Shown here in pieces: positions 51,282-56,427 of a DNA stretch of 56,427 nucleotides. The notes beneath the pieces were generated by a model. The model worked only from the letters and a program-made list of their open reading frames with translations, was not told the origin of the DNA and ran no database searches. How positions within the stretch are numbered: the first letter of the stretch is position 1; each line of letters opens with the position of its first letter. The DNA is from Armatimonadota bacterium (GTDB lineage: Bacteria; Armatimonadota; UBA5829; DTLH01): the NCBI GenBank assembly GCA_016190935.1, contig JACPPP010000133.1, positions 1 through 56,427 on the forward strand. Reading direction: 5' to 3'. The translations under genes and the position numbers were made by a program.

Positions 51282-52895
51282 CTACCAGAATCGATAATAG
51301 ATCAGTATCCAGATCACGGCGAAGAGACCGTACCACAGCACCAGACTCTTATACCACGGACGGGTCACACCCTCGTCGTAACTCGCGAGCATAGCCGGAG
51401 TCCATTGGAACGGCTTCCACCGGGAGGGATCTGGTAGATGGGTGGCAAGCGACACGATGACAACACCGCAAATGATGATGGCCTGTGCTATGGCTGCGTT
51501 GTACAGCCAATGCAGGTCGATTCCCATTCTAGGTAAGCCGATGGCGACTGCCCCTTGAATGACAAGGCCGCCGACCAGACCAAACATTGCACCCTGGTAG
51601 TTCGTGCGCCTCCACAGTACTCCTAATAAGATCACCGAAATGAAAGGCGTGGCTAAATATGTCACACCAGTCTGGAAGTAATTAAAGATGCCCCCGAAGT
51701 GCGCCACCGACGGGGCGATTAGCGCTGCAATGGCCAATGCCAATCCAGATGCCATCCGCCCAACTATGATGAGTTGGCGCTCAGTGGCGTCCTTGTTAAA
51801 AAACTTGTTGTAGACATTCAGGCTGAAAATGGTCGCTGTCGAATTGGCCTGAGCGCTCGTGGCGCCCATAACTGCAGCCAGAAACCCAGCCAGAATCACG
51901 CCTCTGAGACCCCATTGGGGGGCAAGGCTCTTAAGAGCGAAGGGAAATGTGAGATCCTGGTTGACAGATGGCAAACCAACGCCCTCTGGAGGCTGCATGT
52001 GCATCACATTTATCCAGTGATAAACGATGAGCCCCAAAAGGCAGGTGACAAGCGGGCGGAACAAATTGATGTAGGATGCGAATACGATCCCCATCATGCC
52101 ATCCCATACAGACCTGGCTCCTAGCACGCGCTGGATCATCACCTGATTGGTGGACTGGTAGAAGAGAAAGACTCCCACGGAGCCGAGAATCATGCCCAGG
52201 AAGGGAGTGTTAGGGTCACTCGGTGGGTGGTACAGATGAAAGCGTGATGGATTTGCCTGCTCCATCGCCGCCCATCCGCCCGGTATCTTTGCCAGCGCTA
52301 CGAAGAACAGAATCACTCCCCCGCCGACAAGCATCAGGCACTGCAGGGCGTCTGTAAACATTACCGACCTCAACCCACCCTTGACTGTGTACATTGCCAT
52401 GAGTATCACGATACCCCACAGCACCAGGTAGAAGTTCCATCCGGTAAGTTCCGAAAACGCCAGGCTCCCACCGTAGAGGACTGGGACCATAAAGACAACT
52501 ATATACGCAAACAGCATGATCCAACTATACACGTCGCCGCACAGTGGTCCGAAGCGCTTGGACAGAAACTCTGGCACGGTCGCGATCCGATTCCTGAGAT
52601 ACATTGGGATAAACACGACCAAGAGTATAGTGTAAACTGGAAGAGTCCATAGTTCCCAGTTGGCAATGCCCATTCCATTCTTGTATGTCGCGCCTACCGT
52701 ACCGACTATCTGTTCGCTTGAAACGCTGGTGGAAACGAAGGCAGCACCGATAATGTACCAGGGCAGCTTGCCTGAAGCGAGAAAGTAGCCTCTGGCCGTC
52801 TTGTCCTGGTTGCGTGCAGCCCAGAGTCCAACCAGAACGACCAACGCAAGTGATCCGAGAATGATGCCTACATCGAGGCTGTTCAGAGTGCCCAT
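51282..52895 (-). CDS. Sodium:solute symporter (SSS/SGLT) family transporter, 537 aa
   Basis: 13-14 predicted TM segments. N-terminal pattern GYFLASGKLPWYIIGAAFVSTSVSSEQIVG is typical of SSS sugar transporters. Confidence 0.8.
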   Translation of the reverse strand: MGTLNSLDVGIILGSLALVVLVGLWAARNQDKTARGYFLASGKLPWYIIGAAFVSTSVSSEQIVGTVGATYKNGMGIANWELWTLPVYTILLVVFIPMYLRNRIATVPEFLSKRFGPLCGDVYSWIMLFAYIVVFMVPVLYGGSLAFSELTGWNFYLVLWGIVILMAMYTVKGGLRSVMFTDALQCLMLVGGGVILFFVALAKIPGGWAAMEQANPSRFHLYHPPSDPNTPFLGMILGSVGVFLFYQSTNQVMIQRVLGARSVWDGMMGIVFASYINLFRPLVTCLLGLIVYHWINVMHMQPPEGVGLPSVNQDLTFPFALKSLAPQWGLRGVILAGFLAAVMGATSAQANSTATIFSLNVYNKFFNKDATERQLIIVGRMASGLALAIAALIAPSVAHFGGIFNYFQTGVTYLATPFISVILLGVLWRRTNYQGAMFGLVGGLVIQGAVAIGLPRMGIDLHWLYNAAIAQAIIICGVVIVSLATHLPDPSRWKPFQWTPAMLASYDEGVTRPWYKSLVLWYGLFAVIWILIYYRFW

Positions 52896-52991
52896 TTCGT
52901 CCTTCCTCTCATGATCGAAGTTTGGCCCATTGTGTAAAGCAAAAGCAGTACCGGGAGAAACACAACCTCCCTTGCTGCCCAGGTCCGCAGC

Positions 52992-53843
52992 CTATCTTGA
53001 TGACACGAGCAGAGTGTTTCTTACTTCTTCAATGACCTCTCTTGCCGCCTCTTCAATAAGGTCCTTGCCCCACATCGGATCCGTGTGCAAGCGCGGATCC
53101 TGCTTGTCACGCACGGTATGATCCTCGGTCGGTACACAGTCAAAGGTCTCGCCATCCACAATGGCAAAATCAATGTTCTTCAGCTTGCCAGTTTTCGGTA
53201 GCTTCGATATGTCCACACACCCGGGCCACATTGCCTCAAGCATGGAGCATTCTTCCGATCCCGCATGGGCAATGGATCCAGCTACAAGAGAGCGTGGAAA
53301 GCCGGGGTAAACCCACATCACCCTCTTGCCGATCTTGCTGCTTGCATTGTACTCCTTGCAAAGGCGTGTAAGAACCCCGCTTTGGTTATAGGCACCATGC
53401 CCGTTGACGATAAGCACACGTGGAAATTGCATCCTATCGAACAGGATGTTCAGCGTGTCCCGCACGACTATTGAGAAGACTTCTTCCCGATAGTAGCCGC
53501 TCTTAATGGAGTTCTTGGGGTGATCCATACCCTCGATGAACTCATCGCGACTGAAACCTATCGATTCGAGCATATCCTGGTCCCGTTCCCGCTCTGTACC
53601 AATGAAAAGCGGCGGATAATATGGACAGCGGAGTTCCTGTGTCAGTCTGCGTGCGAATGCGTGTGCGAGCAGGTTATCGCACCCCATCGCCATGTGTGGC
53701 CCATGCCACTCTATCGGAGCAATTGGCAGGACGATGAGCCCAACTCTCTGTCTCGCATCCACAACTTCCTCAGGGAACAGAAAAGCCAGGTTCCAGTCGC
53801 CTTGATCAATCGGTCGAGCCACACGAGCGCTATTCTCTTTCAT
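52992..53843 (-). CDS. Creatininase-family (creatinine amidohydrolase / formamide hydrolase-like) metal amidohydrolase
   Basis: LPIAPIEWHGPHMAMGCD and the later GHG/HAG metal-ligand contexts. ATGA overlap with the upstream aminotransferase gene. Confidence 0.7.
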   Translation of the reverse strand: MKENSARVARPIDQGDWNLAFLFPEEVVDARQRVGLIVLPIAPIEWHGPHMAMGCDNLLAHAFARRLTQELRCPYYPPLFIGTERERDQDMLESIGFSRDEFIEGMDHPKNSIKSGYYREEVFSIVVRDTLNILFDRMQFPRVLIVNGHGAYNQSGVLTRLCKEYNASSKIGKRVMWVYPGFPRSLVAGSIAHAGSEECSMLEAMWPGCVDISKLPKTGKLKNIDFAIVDGETFDCVPTEDHTVRDKQDPRLHTDPMWGKDLIEEAAREVIEEVRNTLLVSSR

Positions 53844-55060
53844 ACTGTAGCAAAGCTCCTTTGTGTGTCAGTGCACTCTTGGCACACTGCCCTGAATTCT
53901 TCTCCGGTTTGATCGATCTCATCGTCCGTTGAATTGATGTTGATGCCGAAAGCTGCACCAATGCCTGCATCCACAACCCCCACACTCAAGTTGATCGCTC
54001 GACTCAGAATATCGTCTGTCCGAGGGTAAGCTCCCTTGCGGCATGGACACCCCTGCGCTGCCATAAAGTTCATCACATGTTCCATGTTACTATACACGTG
54101 CCAACCACTGCGATCAATGGTAGTAGTTCCCAACTTCTCCGCGACTGATTTTGCCACTGAATAATTGTCGAAGATCACAGTCAGAAGCGTCGCGCATTCA
54201 CCATCAGGATCGTGTATTGTGCGGTACGCCATACCACGAATATCTCCAATAGCATCGCGGAACCGCTTCTTTTTGGCTCGCAGGGTACCCACGATCTTGT
54301 CAAGCTTGCGGAGTTGAGCCAGTGCGACAGCAGATGTCAGTTCAGTAATCCGGAAATTCAGTCCAAGCACCTGTCGGTTACCAACCTCCACACCAGCACG
54401 GTTGGGTCTGTGTCCTTGATCGTGGAATGCGAAAGCTCGCTCGTAGAGGTCGACATCATTGGTAATGAGCAACCCGCCATCTCCACAACTGATTGTCTTA
54501 AAACAGTTGAGAGAGAAACAACCCATTGCGCCTCTCGTTCCGATCTTGTCGCCGTGATATGATGCGCCATTAGCTTGACAACTATCTTCGATAACCTGCA
54601 AGCCGTGTCGCTTTGCTATCTCCATAATAGCGTCCATATCGCACTGGTTGCCGAGCATATGTACGGGCAAGATGGCTTTCGTGTTGGCCGTGATGCGATG
54701 CTCGATGTCATCGGGGTCCAACGTCAGGCTTTCATCGATTTCTGCCAATACGGGCATAGCACCCACATGTATCATGGATGTGTAGCCGGCGATGAACGTG
54801 TACGCTGGCACAATGACCTCGTCACCAGGCCCGATGCCCATAGCCTGCAGCGCCAATACCAGCGAGGCAGTCCCTGAAGAGACTGCAATGCAATAGTCGA
54901 CGCCGGAGTACCTCGCATATTCCTGTTCGAGGGTATAAGCTTTTGCCTTAAATCCTCGGTGGCCTTCCTTACCATATCTGAAGAGATATCCCGAAGAAAG
55001 GACGTCTAAGACCTCCTGTCTTTCTTCTTCTCCCATCCAATACACACCTGGTCCAGACAT
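53840..55060 (-). CDS. DegT/DnrJ/EryC1/StrS-family PLP-dependent sugar aminotransferase (or dehydratase), 406 aa
   Basis: Family-typical layout (EEERQEVLDVLSSGYLFRYG ... AVSSGTASLVLAL ... VIVPAYTFIA ... VIEDSCQA ... FSLNCFKTISCGDGG). Strong AAGGAGG RBS. First gene after the promoter. Confidence 0.75.
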   Translation of the reverse strand: MSGPGVYWMGEEERQEVLDVLSSGYLFRYGKEGHRGFKAKAYTLEQEYARYSGVDYCIAVSSGTASLVLALQAMGIGPGDEVIVPAYTFIAGYTSMIHVGAMPVLAEIDESLTLDPDDIEHRITANTKAILPVHMLGNQCDMDAIMEIAKRHGLQVIEDSCQANGASYHGDKIGTRGAMGCFSLNCFKTISCGDGGLLITNDVDLYERAFAFHDQGHRPNRAGVEVGNRQVLGLNFRITELTSAVALAQLRKLDKIVGTLRAKKKRFRDAIGDIRGMAYRTIHDPDGECATLLTVIFDNYSVAKSVAEKLGTTTIDRSGWHVYSNMEHVMNFMAAQGCPCRKGAYPRTDDILSRAINLSVGVVDAGIGAAFGININSTDDEIDQTGEEFRAVCQECTDTQRSFATV

Positions 55061-55204
55061 GACAATTTCCTCCTTATCTCAACATCTCAACGGTTGACCG
55101 AGCCACCTGCTCACCTTATGCCTGTCGATCCCAGCCTTGCAGTCTGCTACAGCATACCTGAAGATCTTGGGCATTCGGTCTTGCTTATGGCGTCAGACAT
55201 ATCT

Positions 55205-55220
55205 GTTCGGTATAACGGAC
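55205..55220 (-). promoter_or_regulatory. Palindromic operator candidate GTCCGTTATACCGAAC (minus strand), 8 nt downstream of the -10
   Basis: 15/16 identical to 45923-45938. It is embedded in a roughly 30-bp symmetry, CATATgtGTCCG..CCGAACagATATG. Confidence 0.6.
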
Positions 55221-55228
55221 ACATATGA

Positions 55229-55257
55229 AAGATACCCCATAGCGCGAAAATTGTCAA
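55229..55257 (-). promoter_or_regulatory. sigma70-type promoter of the DegT-to-Gfo operon: TTGACA-17 nt-TATCTT, A-rich upstream tract
   Basis: Minus strand reads ccaaaaaatgcTTGACAattttcgcgctatggggTATCTTtcatatgt. Confidence 0.6.
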
Positions 55258-55552
55258 GCATTTTTTGGAATAAAACAGTTGCCAATTTGGAGCCGGCCTG
55301 GATGTGGCGGAGTGTTCATCGGTTCAATCCAGCAATGTGGGGGGACAAATGCAGATAGAGCGGCAAAGCATGGCCGCCGATGCGGGCAAAATGGAAGTTG
55401 GCAGGCCTTTGGAAACAACGATAACTCCGCGGGCCAAAACGTGAAATCGTCCGACATATAGAACATTCTCACCAATGTGTGGACCTTATGGGCATAAAGA
55501 ATGTTGGCCGGATCGAGAAGTTGGTTCAACGCACAGAGCACGAACGCTTTAA

Positions 55553-56125
55553 CTAATATCTTGGTGGGACGTAGACGGTGATCAGCCGCACAGGTTTGTC
55601 TTTTATAGGATAACCGCGGATAGGACGTCCTGCTGGCACATAAAAGGCGTCATTTGTATGCAGCAGTACCCGTTCATCGTTCCCGACCTCAATGTAAAGG
55701 TCGCCATCCAGTATATAACCAGCTATGTCTGAGGTCAGCGTTTCAAACTCATGTCCCTCGCCCGGCATATTCAGCTCATCCAGAATCTCCATATGCACAT
55801 CGGGCCGCCGCGGTAATACGAACGTATAGCGCTGGTAGGGATCGACTACGTTACGCATCTTGGCTTTACGAAACACGTAACTCGCAGAATCATCGGAATC
55901 ACCGTCTGTGAAGAAAGATCCGAGGTCAGTGCTCAGCGCTATCAAGATCTTGCGTAAGGTGGCAATCGTCGGAGAGATACTCCCGGCCTCAAGTTCCGAG
56001 ACATAACTGACAGTGACTCCGGCTTTTTTAGCCAACTGGCGCATAGAATAGCGGTGTCCTAAACGCAACTGCTTCAAGCGATCGCCTATTCCGTTACTCC
56101 TATTAGTTTGTTCTATGTTACTCAT
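55553..56125 (-). CDS. XRE-family HTH regulator with C-terminal cupin domain, 190 aa
   Basis: IGDRLKQLRLGHRYSMRQLAKKAGVTVSYVSELEAGSISPTIATLRKILIAL (HTH_3), followed by a cupin-like beta region. Confidence 0.8.
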   Translation of the reverse strand: MSNIEQTNRSNGIGDRLKQLRLGHRYSMRQLAKKAGVTVSYVSELEAGSISPTIATLRKILIALSTDLGSFFTDGDSDDSASYVFRKAKMRNVVDPYQRYTFVLPRRPDVHMEILDELNMPGEGHEFETLTSDIAGYILDGDLYIEVGNDERVLLHTNDAFYVPAGRPIRGYPIKDKPVRLITVYVPPRY

Positions 56126-56175
56126 TAGGTAAGCGCCCTTGGTATAGCTGGTGATGAGAAGAGTTGAGTCGCAAG

Positions 56176-56208
56176 CAAGGTATATGCTATTTCACCACAT
56201 ATACCTTG
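56176..56208. promoter_or_regulatory. 11-bp perfect inverted repeat CAAGGTATATG-N11-CATATACCTTG overlapping the XRE promoter
   Basis: 56176-56186 and 56198-56208 are exact reverse complements. The repeat spans the -10 hexamer and part of the spacer. Confidence 0.5.
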
Positions 56209-56217
56209 ATTTGTCAA
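56189..56217 (-). promoter_or_regulatory. sigma70-type promoter of the XRE-cupin gene: TTGACA-17 nt-TGAAAT with TGn extended -10
   Basis: Minus strand reads gacTTGACAaatcaaggtatatgtggTGAAATagcatat. Confidence 0.5.
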
Positions 56218-56306
56218 GTCACGGTAAGAGTCCGGCAGTAGCATCGTTTTAGCTGAAGGGAAGGGAGAAGGGGTCGTTCCATGAAATATCCATGAAAGAT
56301 CACTAT

Positions 56307-56427
56307 TTAGACAAAGGTACATTTGGGACGAATGTCTAAGTAGTCAGTGTGGGTGTAGATGTCCAAGCTGGAGAGTGGATGCTGCTCTCGGAGGACCGAG
56401 ATGCCGTTTTGTCCGCACTGGAGCGTG
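56307..56427 (-). CDS. Partial CDS at the window edge: possible tyrosine recombinase/integrase C-terminus
   Basis: Translation ..TLQCGQNGISVLREQHPLSSLDIYTHTDYLDIRPKCTFV(stop) loosely follows the integrase end pattern (..G.dl..lqe.LGHssi.tT.IYTH..), including a candidate catalytic Tyr. Only 39 codons are visible. Confidence 0.35.
   Translation of the reverse strand, partial: TLQCGQNGISVLREQHPLSSLDIYTHTDYLDIRPKCTFV

Noticed and set aside
52953-52971. Hairpin between the creatininase and SSS transporter genes, considered as an intrinsic terminator.
   Set aside because: It has a 5-bp stem and a 9-nt loop, and the T-rich stretch is displaced by 8 nt. This is too weak to split the operon on sequence alone.
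55061-55552. ORFs 55137-55358 (+) and 55254-55541 (-) in the 492-bp gap between the XRE-cupin and DegT genes.
   Set aside because: They have no RBS, no recognisable motif and odd composition. The region is better explained by the promoter/operator at 55205-55257 plus untranslated spacer. A small RNA cannot be excluded but nothing specific supports one.
56125-56322. A 65-aa minus-strand ORF upstream of the XRE-cupin gene.
   Set aside because: It is entirely occupied by the predicted promoter and inverted repeat, and it overlaps the end of the putative integrase fragment. There is no RBS.
1-56427. Searched by eye for CRISPR arrays, tRNA/rRNA genes, riboswitch-like leaders, toxin-antitoxin pairs, restriction-modification or other defence genes, and reverse transcriptases.
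   Set aside because: No regularly spaced repeats were seen, nor any cloverleaf-type or rRNA-like segments. There are no nuclease, ATPase or methyltransferase signatures outside the transposase and recombinase remnants. A covariance-model scan (Infernal/Rfam, tRNAscan-SE) and DefenseFinder/PADLOC would be needed to make this negative result firm.

Overview
This is a 56.4-kb bacterial window with almost every gene on the minus strand. All family calls come from reading the ORF translations and motifs by eye; no search was run, and domain boundaries are approximate.

(1) 1-3718 is an insertion-sequence graveyard. An intact IS630-family IS sits in a CTAG site next to an IS21 IstA remnant. Beside it lie a frameshifted large-serine-recombinase remnant and a decayed IS701-like transposase.

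(2) 3783-18904 is one tightly coupled 14-gene catabolic operon. The front end is a Gfo/Idh/MocA oxidoreductase, a class-III aminotransferase, an M20 deacylase, a Zn-ADH, a VOC protein, a RhaT-type permease and an unknown 351-aa protein. The back end is an HMGL-like lyase, Pta, AckA, DmpF/DmpG and two D-2-hydroxyacid dehydrogenases. A LacI-family gene (19143-20162) is divergent from it.

(3) 20257-23354 encodes E1 alpha, E1 beta, an orphan 85-aa lipoyl domain and an SDR. Its promoter carries the same 19-bp operator as the 14-gene operon.

(4) 23497-25375 is a decayed ISNCY-like IS with a 17-bp target duplication, 16 nt upstream of that promoter.

(5) 25643-45689 is a secreted glycan-degradation locus. 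It holds a clan GH-A hydrolase, three GH36-like catalytic modules, three giant modular proteins (1390-1542 aa), a small PEP-CTERM protein and an H-X9-DG pseudopilin-like protein. A roughly 190-aa N-terminal module of unknown function is shared among these proteins.

(6) 46273-55060 is an operon of a DegT-type aminotransferase, a creatininase-family amidohydrolase, an SSS transporter, a GH2, a MITE-disrupted small ORF and a Gfo/Idh/MocA oxidoreductase. It is linked to the pseudopilin/giant-protein unit by a shared palindromic operator placed just downstream of two promoters of identical architecture.

(7) An XRE-cupin regulator (55553-56125) and a partial tyrosine-recombinase C-terminus lie at the right edge.

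No rRNA, tRNA, CRISPR array or recognisable defence system was seen. The most novel candidates are the 14-gene operon with its LacI regulon, the E1 plus orphan-lipoyl plus SDR unit, and the shared N-terminal module of the giant secreted proteins.
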